From assembly GCA_001795735.1 (NCBI GenBank), contig MGKQ01000001.1:14808-78807 (forward strand): a stretch of DNA of 64,000 nt. Reading direction: 5' to 3'. Position 1 is the stretch's first letter. Each line of letters starts with the position of its first letter. Positions 18,968 through 27,571 of this stretch are shown here, piece by piece. The stretch is from Candidatus Yanofskybacteria bacterium RIFCSPLOWO2_02_FULL_41_13. GTDB taxonomy: Bacteria; Patescibacteriota; Minisyncoccia; 2-02-FULL-40-12; GWA2-44-9. The notes beneath the pieces are model-generated. The model was given only the letters and a program-made list of their open reading frames with translations, made no database searches and had not been told where the DNA came from. The position numbers and the translations under genes are program-made.

Positions 18968-21133
18968 GTGAGCTCAAAAATGATCCCGCTCAAGATAGCC
19001 GGAGAAAGTCCTCCTTACCCTACAGCGACGAAACCTCCATCAAAAATAATAAAAGTAGGGCAGATTCAGCTAAACACAAGTTTCTCTAATCAATACTATT
19101 TCCCACTCGCCGCCGGGATGAATCAGGCATATGCAAAAAAACATTTACGCTACTCGGATCATTACGAATTTAATGATACGATTTTCAGATTCCCTAAAAG
19201 CAGGAGGGAGATAGATGAAACGGCTGAAAAACTGAGTGAGAACCACCTGCTTCTGGTTGGAAACTACACATGGGGAGAACAGCACTCTTTGGCGTTAGCT
19301 CGTAGATACAAGCAGTACAATCCAAATGGAATTGTCGTCTTTGGAGGACCCCAGGTACCAGATAGCAAAAAACAATTCCGCAGAAACAGAACCATTGAGC
19401 TGACCGAGGAAGAGCAAAAGAGAAAAAGAGTAAGTTTTACGCCAAGCTATCATCACCTTAATCCGTTTATTGATATTTGCGTTCACGGCGAAGGTGAAAG
19501 ATCATTGCGATATGCTCTTGAACAAATGGCAATTGATGGTCTTCAAGACAAGACCGCAATTCCTTCTATCAGCTATATGGATGCGGATGGTAATTTCCGT
19601 TACAATGCCAAGCTTGAAAGAATGAATGATCGGGAGCTAGCCGAAACAGCATCACCATTTACAACTGGCATATTTGATACGCTCATACCGCTCTATCCTG
19701 AACTTGTATTTATAGCAATGTATGAAACGGATCGAGGCTGTCCATTTACTTGTACATATTGCGATTGGGGCGGCGCAACGGAAGACAAGATAAGCCGAAT
19801 GCCCATGGAAATGATCTATCAGGATATTATGTGGATGGGAGAGAGACGGATTCCATACGTATTTTTGTGCAATGCGAATTTCGGAATTCTCGAGCGCGAC
19901 ATACAAATTGCCGAATTTTTTGCCGAAGCGAAAGCTAAGTACGGATTTCCGGAAGCAATCAGCACTCAAAATTCAAAAAACCCCAAAAAGCACACGATTG
20001 AGGCTCTTAAAATTTTGCAGCGGGCCGGCATAAATAAAGCCACTGTGATGTCACAACAATCATTAAACCCTCCCACCCTGAAAGCAGTGAGACGCGATAA
20101 TATGCACCTTGATGAATACTACAAGATCCAGAAAGACTTGGCAGCCGAAGGAATTTATACAATGACTGATCTTATTCCCGGCATGCCGGAAGAGACGTAC
20201 GACACTTTATTTGACGGTATCGTGACGTTGATCACTAATGGCCAGCATAACCGCATCCAATTCAACATTCTTTCCAGACTAATTAATACCGAAATGGCTA
20301 ATGAAGAATATCAGGATTACTACGGATTCCAAACAGTAAAAACTCCGATCATTAATGCCCATGGAAGCAGAGGTGATACGGATACGGGAATCGAGGAACT
20401 GCAAGAGTTTGTTGTCGCAACCAATACTATGCCGCCCGAAGATTGGGTTAAAACATATGTCCTGTGTTGGACTATAAATCTAGTCTACTTCAGTAAACTT
20501 CTCCAGATTCCCATAATAGTTCTTAACAGAGTTTACGGTTTGGACTATCGCAAAATTTTTGAACTATTTCTTGCTGGACAATTCTCGCAATACGGAGATT
20601 TTCCGGTACTATCTGAAATTAATAAATTCCTGACTGAAGTTGGTTCCGGTATACAGAAAGGCGAACGGGGAGAATTTACTTACTCTAAAGAATATCTGAA
20701 TATTTACTGGATGTCAGATGAATATGTATTGATCAAAATGTGCAAAGAAGGAAAAATAGAACAATTTTATGAAGAAGCACATAGGCTGATATCACATCTT
20801 ATTGAACCTCACCAGGACAAGGGACCGCTTGATGAAGCCATTGAGTTAAATAAATCTTTACTGAAACTTCCATTCCAAACGAGCGACCTGGATCTAACTC
20901 TCACATACAGCATCTGGGAGATGTACAAGGCCGTACTTCGAGGCAGAGATGAAGATTTAAAACAGGGACATTATCGATATACGATCGACCGAACCACAAA
21001 AGACGAACGGGGTAGCAATTGGTGGGAATCGTGGGAAGATTGGTACAGACAGATGGTCTGGTACTGTAACCGCCGAGGTGCCTATCTTTATGGTAATGTA
21101 AATCCACATCAAGAGATCGCCGGTCATCATTAA
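18968..21133 (+). CDS. B12-binding radical SAM enzyme, paralogue B
   Basis: FGGPQVP, HGEGE, ETDRGCPFTCTYCDW; colinear with 13992-16067. Confidence 0.9.
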   Translation: MSSKMIPLKIAGESPPYPTATKPPSKIIKVGQIQLNTSFSNQYYFPLAAGMNQAYAKKHLRYSDHYEFNDTIFRFPKSRREIDETAEKLSENHLLLVGNYTWGEQHSLALARRYKQYNPNGIVVFGGPQVPDSKKQFRRNRTIELTEEEQKRKRVSFTPSYHHLNPFIDICVHGEGERSLRYALEQMAIDGLQDKTAIPSISYMDADGNFRYNAKLERMNDRELAETASPFTTGIFDTLIPLYPELVFIAMYETDRGCPFTCTYCDWGGATEDKISRMPMEMIYQDIMWMGERRIPYVFLCNANFGILERDIQIAEFFAEAKAKYGFPEAISTQNSKNPKKHTIEALKILQRAGINKATVMSQQSLNPPTLKAVRRDNMHLDEYYKIQKDLAAEGIYTMTDLIPGMPEETYDTLFDGIVTLITNGQHNRIQFNILSRLINTEMANEEYQDYYGFQTVKTPIINAHGSRGDTDTGIEELQEFVVATNTMPPEDWVKTYVLCWTINLVYFSKLLQIPIIVLNRVYGLDYRKIFELFLAGQFSQYGDFPVLSEINKFLTEVGSGIQKGERGEFTYSKEYLNIYWMSDEYVLIKMCKEGKIEQFYEEAHRLISHLIEPHQDKGPLDEAIELNKSLLKLPFQTSDLDLTLTYSIWEMYKAVLRGRDEDLKQGHYRYTIDRTTKDERGSNWWESWEDWYRQMVWYCNRRGAYLYGNVNPHQEIAGHH

Positions 21134-21139
21134 AAACAT

Positions 21140-21164
21140 AAATCCCGCAATTAGCGGGATTTTT
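21140..21164. terminator. Bidirectional terminator
   Basis: AAATCCCGC-aatta-GCGGGATTTTT between convergent genes. Confidence 0.75.
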
Positions 21165-21179
21165 AATTTTATAAGGTTC

Positions 21180-22478
21180 TCAGTAAACCATTCCGTGGTC
21201 TCTAAGATATTGCTGAACCTGACGAATATTGTTTGCAATCTCTTCGCGGCTAAGTGACGGGCCCCAAGGAGTTTCCTTCTCATACTCAAACGGCAGACCG
21301 ACCTCTTCATCATCACCGAAACGAAACATTAGATGGGCATGCTTGGAGAGGTCTTTTTCAATACTCTTAATGCCTAAGGACTTTGCACTCTCATGAAAAA
21401 CAGAGCCGGGCACTACGTCTAGTCCCGAAAGAGCTACATAATCCGGCTTGACTTCTTCAAGGAACCGGATAGTCTTCTCAACTACTTGGTTTGTCTCACC
21501 CGGAAGACCGAAGATAATACAAACCTTTACTTTAATATCGTGCTTCTTTAACAATTCAATAAACCGGCGGTTTGCATCAACACTTTTCGACGGCTTATTT
21601 GATAACTCAAGCACTTTATCAGATTCAACGCTTTCAACTCCTATAGCTAACTCCAGACATCCGCTTTGCCGAGCGAGTTTTATAACTTCTTCCGATCCCA
21701 TTGGTATCGTCTGTCCTCTCCAGACGATGTTTTCGGAAGCAATAGCTTCAAACATGGCAACAGCTTCCTTGCGGTTAACGGGAATACACACCTCATCGCG
21801 CAGGTTAATCCCTTGCACTCCATAGCGCTCTTTCAGATATTTAATCTCGGCCGTAATCTGGTCGGGTCGCCTAAGCTCAAACCTATTCGGATTGTTATAT
21901 ACGCAAAAGCTACAGTGAAAAACACAACCGCGCGAGAAATAAACATTCGTTCCGGGAATCACACCATATTGAGAGAAATGCTTATCATTGACGATCTTGG
22001 AATCAGGGAGAAAATCCCGTTGCGGAAAAGGATATGAAGCAAAATGGAATATCTGATTACTTCTATACACAGGCTGTAAGCGATTAGCACGATAGTCTGC
22101 AAGCGCCTGTAATATCAACTCCTCGCCGCTGCCAACGATTGATGCATCAAAGACGCCGATGCATTCTTCCGTCAAGTGATCGACATGATTGCCACCGGCG
22201 ATATGTACACCGTTGATATGTTTTTGCTTTGTATCTCTGACGATGCCGTATATTTCAGGCGCATCAGCACTCTTCATAATCCAGTAGAAGTAAACGTCTC
22301 TTTCTGGCAGATCAACCCGTCGGCCCTTCGGCCAATCACGCAAATCTATGACATCAACGTTCAGATCCTTATCCCGCTCACGTAAGAAAGTCGCATAATA
22401 AAGTTCCCAAAGCGGCTGTAACTTTGCAGGGTCTTTCCAGTAATGCCAAGATGGCACAACAACAGCAACATTCAGCAT
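21180..22478 (-). CDS. B12-binding radical SAM enzyme
   Basis: AGGNH, VGSGE, SRGCVFHCSFC, IGVES, IFGLPGE. Confidence 0.88.
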   Translation of the reverse strand: MLNVAVVVPSWHYWKDPAKLQPLWELYYATFLRERDKDLNVDVIDLRDWPKGRRVDLPERDVYFYWIMKSADAPEIYGIVRDTKQKHINGVHIAGGNHVDHLTEECIGVFDASIVGSGEELILQALADYRANRLQPVYRSNQIFHFASYPFPQRDFLPDSKIVNDKHFSQYGVIPGTNVYFSRGCVFHCSFCVYNNPNRFELRRPDQITAEIKYLKERYGVQGINLRDEVCIPVNRKEAVAMFEAIASENIVWRGQTIPMGSEEVIKLARQSGCLELAIGVESVESDKVLELSNKPSKSVDANRRFIELLKKHDIKVKVCIIFGLPGETNQVVEKTIRFLEEVKPDYVALSGLDVVPGSVFHESAKSLGIKSIEKDLSKHAHLMFRFGDDEEVGLPFEYEKETPWGPSLSREEIANNIRQVQQYLRDHGMVY

Positions 22479-22615
22479 ACTATTTATCCTTTTTGTTTAA
22501 GAACTTTTCGACAAATGATACCATGCTCTAATGGTACAAGTCAACAAAGCTCGCTTGACACAGTAAAATCGCTTTAGTATAAAATCAAGTAGCACCTATA
22601 AAAGCTGGGGGGTTA

Positions 22616-23569
22616 GTGTTCAGAAATAGCAAAGTTTTAGTTACCGGTGGAACCGGCTTTATTGGCACAAACCTCATAAAAAGACTTCTCGAAACCGAGG
22701 CTATTGTCAGAGCCACTTTCCACCAACAAAAACCTACCGAATTTCTTGATCGAGTTAATTATGTAAAAGCTGAGCTCACGAAAGAAGAGGATTGTCGAAG
22801 GGTTGTCCAAGGATCTGATTACGTTTTTATGTGTTCAGCTTATGCTTTAGGCGCTGGAAAATCAGAAGAGGAAAAGGTTCGACATACAACCGCTGATATT
22901 GAAATGACTGCTCTTATGCTTGAAGCCGCCCATAGAGCAAGAGTTAAAAAATTTCTTTGGATAAGCAGTTGCACTATATACCCCCTGTCTGACGCTCCCC
23001 TGAAAGAAGAGCAGGGCCATGCCAACCCGCTTTTTGAAAAATATTTTATTGTGGGATCGACAAAAAGACGCGGAGAAAAACTCTGCCAGGAATATGCCGA
23101 AAAAACTACAAATCCAATGCCTGTTGTTATTGTCAGGCCAACCAGCGCTTACGGGCCTCATGAAAATTTAGCAACTTCTCATGTTATACCCGCTCTTATT
23201 CGAAAGGTTATCGAAAGACATGATCCGGTAGAGGTGTGGGGCGACGGTACAGCCATTAAAGACCTTATTTTTATAGATGATCTTACTAGAGGCATGCTTT
23301 TAGCGATGGAGAAGCTGGATAAATTTATGCCGATAAATCTCGGTTCCGGAGAACAGACAAGTATTAAAGAAATCATAGAAACTGTAATTCAAATCGACGG
23401 TTACAATAATGCCCGAATCGTTTTTGACACTTCTAAACCGACAATGCTCCCAAAAATGCTGGTTGATGTTACCAGAGCTAAAGAAGTTTTGGGCTTCAAA
23501 ACAACAACAAGCCTTGAAGATGGGTTGAGAATGACAATTGAGTGGTACAGACAGAATAAAAACAAGTAA
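22616..23569 (+). CDS. NAD-dependent epimerase/reductase (GDP-fucose synthase-like)
   Basis: TGGTGFIG, YGPHEN, SHVIPALI, VWGDG. Confidence 0.88.
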   Translation: MFRNSKVLVTGGTGFIGTNLIKRLLETEAIVRATFHQQKPTEFLDRVNYVKAELTKEEDCRRVVQGSDYVFMCSAYALGAGKSEEEKVRHTTADIEMTALMLEAAHRARVKKFLWISSCTIYPLSDAPLKEEQGHANPLFEKYFIVGSTKRRGEKLCQEYAEKTTNPMPVVIVRPTSAYGPHENLATSHVIPALIRKVIERHDPVEVWGDGTAIKDLIFIDDLTRGMLLAMEKLDKFMPINLGSGEQTSIKEIIETVIQIDGYNNARIVFDTSKPTMLPKMLVDVTRAKEVLGFKTTTSLEDGLRMTIEWYRQNKNK

Positions 23570-23577
23570 TTTTTCGG

Positions 23578-23610
23578 AACCGCCCTGAGCTTATCGAATG
23601 GGCGGTTTTT
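23578..23610 (+). terminator. Terminator hairpin with REP-like core
   Basis: AACCGCCC-TGAGCTTATCGAAT-GGGCGGTTTTT. Confidence 0.7.
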
Positions 23611-23615
23611 ATTTT

Positions 23616-23645
23616 TTGACATAAACTGACACTTTTTGGTATCTT
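23616..23645 (+). promoter_or_regulatory. Promoter with degenerate 3 x 10-bp repeat
   Basis: TTGACATAAA-CTGACACTTT-TTGGTATCTT. Confidence 0.55.
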
Positions 23646-23669
23646 TGCATAGTGGGTGTTTCTGCAATT

Positions 23670-24752
23670 ATGAATAACCATCCCTCGACAAATACAGGTA
23701 TTATAATTCCTACGATGGATAGGGCCGATTTTTTAATTCGACAACTTAGTTACTATGCATCGGTCAGATGCCCACACACTATTTATATTGGCGATTCAAG
23801 CTCCAAAGAAGAATCGGAAAAAATACAGAACGAAATCAAACGGCTCGGAAACATTATCAATGTAAGGTATCTTTATTTACCATCCCATAGTATTTGGCAG
23901 GCTCACTATCGTCTGACTACTGAGGTAAAGGAAAAATATACTTGCCTTAGTGGCGATGATGATTATCAGATCCCCAATTCAGTAACTAAATGTGCCGAAT
24001 TTCTGGAAGCTAATCAAGACTATACAACGGCGAGTGGTCATGCGGTGAGCTTCAGATTAAAACGGCATGGGGTATATGGGGAGCTTTTACGACTAGCTGA
24101 TTACCCAAGAGGACAGATAGAAAACGATACTGGGGCTGAAAGAATTATAAACTTTTTTAATAATTATTTTGTTACCTTTTTTTCAGTAAACAGGACTGAG
24201 CAGACTAGAGAATATTGGCGAAGCTCAGAAAAAATACCGGACAGATCATTTGGATCTGAAATCCTACCAAGTTCCTTGCCCTTAATCCATGGTAAATCTA
24301 AGATATTAGATTGCCTTAGCTTTGTGAGACAGATCCACAACCAACATCATACTCTAGCAAATACTTTTGATTGGATTACAAGCCCAGAGTGGCATCCATC
24401 CTACTTGATTGTTAAAGAAACACTTGCGAAAAATTTAGTTGCAAAAGATAATATTCCCGCTAAGAATGCTACTGAAGTTACGAGGCAATCTCTTTGGGCT
24501 CTTCTGAAGATACATCTTGCGAAAGATTATGAAATGAACTACCCCGCCAAAGAGATAAAGAGAATTGACAAACAAGGAGTAAAGTTCATAAAATCAAGGA
24601 TTGTCAGAATATTTCCGATCTCTAAGCCAATATACCGAATGCTGATAAAACCTCTTATAACCGGCAAGAAGGAGATGAATTTCGAAGTGCTTCAGCCTAA
24701 ATCAAAATACTATCAGGACTTTAAACCGGTGATGGATTCATTTACCGGATAG
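23670..24752 (+). CDS. GT2-like glycosyltransferase (TIGR00180-like)
   Basis: IIIPTMDR, YIGDSS, SGDDD, FFSVNR. Confidence 0.78.
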   Translation: MNNHPSTNTGIIIPTMDRADFLIRQLSYYASVRCPHTIYIGDSSSKEESEKIQNEIKRLGNIINVRYLYLPSHSIWQAHYRLTTEVKEKYTCLSGDDDYQIPNSVTKCAEFLEANQDYTTASGHAVSFRLKRHGVYGELLRLADYPRGQIENDTGAERIINFFNNYFVTFFSVNRTEQTREYWRSSEKIPDRSFGSEILPSSLPLIHGKSKILDCLSFVRQIHNQHHTLANTFDWITSPEWHPSYLIVKETLAKNLVAKDNIPAKNATEVTRQSLWALLKIHLAKDYEMNYPAKEIKRIDKQGVKFIKSRIVRIFPISKPIYRMLIKPLITGKKEMNFEVLQPKSKYYQDFKPVMDSFTG

Positions 24753-24788
24753 ACAAAAGTATAAACAATCTGTTGTTAATAACCTAAC

Positions 24789-24818
24789 TTGACACTTTTT
24801 GACACCTTTTGATACTAT
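24789..24818 (+). promoter_or_regulatory. pse operon promoter with 3 x 10-bp repeat
   Basis: TTGACACTTT-TTGACACCTT-TTGATACTAT. Confidence 0.7.
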
Positions 24819-24843
24819 CAAATAGTTATTCTTCTGATCAACC

Positions 24844-25830
24844 ATGCTCGATAATAAGACAATTCTGATAACCGGGGGGACGGGTTCATTCGGCAAAAAT
24901 TTTGCCAAATTTTTACTCAAAAGTAGCGGGCTCAAAAAGCTCATTATTTTCAGCCGAGATGAGTTCAAGCAATACGAGATGCAGAAAGAAATAAGCGATC
25001 CGCGTATACGTTTTTTTATCGGTGATGTTCGGGATTTGCCACGTCTTCAGCGTGCCTTCCATGGTGTTGATATCGTTATCCATGCCGCCGCGCTTAAACA
25101 AGTTCCTACGCTGGAGTACAATCCCTTTGAAGCAGTAAAGACGAATATAATCGGGTCGCAGAATGTAATTGATGCTTCAATTGACCAGAGTGTTTCAAAA
25201 ACACTGCTCATTTCAAGCGACAAGGCTGTTCAGCCAATCAACCTTTATGGGGCGACTAAATTGGCCGCCGAAAAGCTTTTTGTGGCCGCAAACTCTTATA
25301 CATCGCTCACAAAACGTAGTATCTTCAGTGCGGTACGCTATGGTAATGTAATGGGAAGCCGAGGCAGTATCGTTGAGGCGCTTCTTAAAAAACCTGCCGC
25401 AGAAAAGGTATTTATAACCCATCCGGACATGACTCGTTTTTGGCTTACCCTGTCAGAGAGCTTCCACCTTGTTTTATTTGCTATTAAGCATATGGGTGGC
25501 GGAGAAATAATCGTGCCTAAAATTCCCAGCATGAAGATAACCGAACTTTTTGATGCCCTTGCTCCGCGGGCTAAAAAAGTAATCACCGGCATACGACCGG
25601 GAGAAAAAATTCATGAAACGCTTTTAACTGAGCATGAGGCGCGCAATACCATATTAGTAGGGAATCATTTCGTTATTCTTCCTGAATTTACTTCAAAACC
25701 AAAATTTTTCGAACATTACTATACGCTGGGAAGCAAGCTTGATAACCATACTCCCTTCGCCAGTGATAACAACACAGTATGGCTAACCAAAAAAGAACTA
25801 AAATCAAAAATAAAACCGACGCTACTCTAA
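24844..25830 (+). CDS. pseB: UDP-GlcNAc 4,6-dehydratase (inverting)
   Basis: TGGTGSFG, SRDEFKQ, HAAALKQVP, PINLYGATK, RYGNVMGSRGS, MTRFW. Confidence 0.93.
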   Translation: MLDNKTILITGGTGSFGKNFAKFLLKSSGLKKLIIFSRDEFKQYEMQKEISDPRIRFFIGDVRDLPRLQRAFHGVDIVIHAAALKQVPTLEYNPFEAVKTNIIGSQNVIDASIDQSVSKTLLISSDKAVQPINLYGATKLAAEKLFVAANSYTSLTKRSIFSAVRYGNVMGSRGSIVEALLKKPAAEKVFITHPDMTRFWLTLSESFHLVLFAIKHMGGGEIIVPKIPSMKITELFDALAPRAKKVITGIRPGEKIHETLLTEHEARNTILVGNHFVILPEFTSKPKFFEHYYTLGSKLDNHTPFASDNNTVWLTKKELKSKIKPTLL

Positions 25831-26939
25831 AACGAAGTCCGATCCCCTATGGTCGACAGAGGATAGGCGCCGATGACATCAGAACAGTTATCAGTGTGCT
25901 CAAATCAGATTGGCTCACTCAGGGCCCTATGGTGAAAAGGTTTGAAGAATCATTAGCTCGTTACTGCGGAGCAAAATTTGCTGTTGCCGTATCCAGCGGT
26001 ACCGCCGCCCTTCATCTGGCGTATTTAGCCGCCGGACTTCAACCCGATGATGAAGTAATAACGACACCGAATACATTCGTTGCCACATCCAATATGCTTT
26101 TAGCCGTAAAAGCTAGGCCAGTTTTTTGCGATATCCGGCTGGATAATTACAACCTTGATGAAACTAAAATAGAATCGCTGATTACCTCCAAAACAAAAGC
26201 TATCGTACCGGTCCACTTCGCCGGACATCCCTGTGAAATGGATAGTATTCTGAGTCTGGCAAAAAAACATAATCTTCTCGTGATTGAAGATGCCTGTCAT
26301 GCATTGGGGGCATCGTATAAAAATACTAAAGTTGGTGGTATCGGAGATATGACTGTTTTTAGCTTTCATCCGGTCAAATCTATTACCACCGGCGAGGGAG
26401 GAGCAATACTAACAAACAATAAAAACTTTTATGAAAAATTATTATTATTAAGGTCTCACGGCATAACAAAGGATAAAAATGGATTCAATGTTATGGCCGA
26501 GCTGGGACATAATTACCGAGTTACGGATATTCAAGCAGCGCTTGGCTTAAGTCAGCTTAAGAAGCTAGATGGATTTATTAAAAAAAGAAGTGAGCTTATG
26601 TCCGGATATTATAGAGAGTTAAAAGATGTGAAGAATATCATACTCCCGAGAATAACTGAAAACATAATTTCCGCCGGTCATATTTTTATTATAAGAGTCA
26701 AAGACCGGGCAAAAAGGCTAAAATTGATGGAATTCCTAAAAAATAATGGCATCGGGGTTAACTTTCACTATCCGGCCGTTTACTCTCATCCTTATTACAG
26801 ACAGAATGGATATGACGGACTAACACTAGACAACGAGGAGATATATAGCAGTTCGTGCGTCACTCTCCCCCTCTACCCGAACTTAAAACTAGAAAGTATA
26901 GAGTATATCTGCGATAAAATAAAAACTTTTTTCAAATGA
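25779..26939 (+). CDS. pseC: UDP-4-amino-4,6-dideoxy-AltNAc transaminase (start uncertain)
   Basis: IPYGRQ, LTQGP, EDACHALG, SFHPVKSITTGEGG, LRSHG. Confidence 0.9.
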   Translation: MANQKRTKIKNKTDATLKRSPIPYGRQRIGADDIRTVISVLKSDWLTQGPMVKRFEESLARYCGAKFAVAVSSGTAALHLAYLAAGLQPDDEVITTPNTFVATSNMLLAVKARPVFCDIRLDNYNLDETKIESLITSKTKAIVPVHFAGHPCEMDSILSLAKKHNLLVIEDACHALGASYKNTKVGGIGDMTVFSFHPVKSITTGEGGAILTNNKNFYEKLLLLRSHGITKDKNGFNVMAELGHNYRVTDIQAALGLSQLKKLDGFIKKRSELMSGYYRELKDVKNIILPRITENIISAGHIFIIRVKDRAKRLKLMEFLKNNGIGVNFHYPAVYSHPYYRQNGYDGLTLDNEEIYSSSCVTLPLYPNLKLESIEYICDKIKTFFK

Positions 26940-27571
26940 TAAAATCAACTGCTCAGGAAAAATTTTGGTCATCGGAATTCGGCAAGGAATATATGGAAAG
27001 AAACACCCTTTCTCTGCAGGAGTTGAATAAACTTTATACAACGAACTTCGGCGTATCCCGTTCACGAATTAATAAAGATTTCCTGGGGAAATTAAAAATA
27101 GGAAACATTTTAGAGATTGGATGCAACGTCGGAAACCAATTAGCACTGCTCCAAGAAGAGGGTTTTAAGAATTTATATGGCATAGAAATATTTCCGAAGG
27201 CTGTAGAGCTGGCTAAAACCCACACCAAAAGTATCAATATAGTTCAGGGAAGCGGATTTGACCTCCCGTTTAAAGATAATAGCTTTGACCTTGTATTTAC
27301 TGCCGGGGTACTGATCCACATAAGTCCAAAAGATATAAAAAAAATCATGAAGGAAATACATCGGGTCAGTAAAAAGTACATCTGGGGATTTGAGTATTTT
27401 AGTCCAGACCACATTGCCATTCCCTATCGGGGCAATAAGGACCGGCTCTGGAAAGGTGACTTTGCTAAAATGTATACGAGCCAGTTCCCTGATCTAAAAT
27501 TAGTGAAGGAAAAAAGATATAAATACCTCCAAAACGACAACCTTGATTGTGGATTTCTATTAAAAAAATGA
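26936..27571 (+). CDS. Pseudaminic-acid-biosynthesis-associated methylase
   Basis: QEKFWSSEFG, EIGCNVG, GVLIHI, YRG...LWKGDF. Confidence 0.85.
   Translation: MIKSTAQEKFWSSEFGKEYMERNTLSLQELNKLYTTNFGVSRSRINKDFLGKLKIGNILEIGCNVGNQLALLQEEGFKNLYGIEIFPKAVELAKTHTKSINIVQGSGFDLPFKDNSFDLVFTAGVLIHISPKDIKKIMKEIHRVSKKYIWGFEYFSPDHIAIPYRGNKDRLWKGDFAKMYTSQFPDLKLVKEKRYKYLQNDNLDCGFLLKK

Noticed and set aside
21140..21164. Minimal TCCCG...CGGG element
   Set aside because: Flanks are not duplicated (ATAAA vs ATTTT); it fits a bidirectional terminator.
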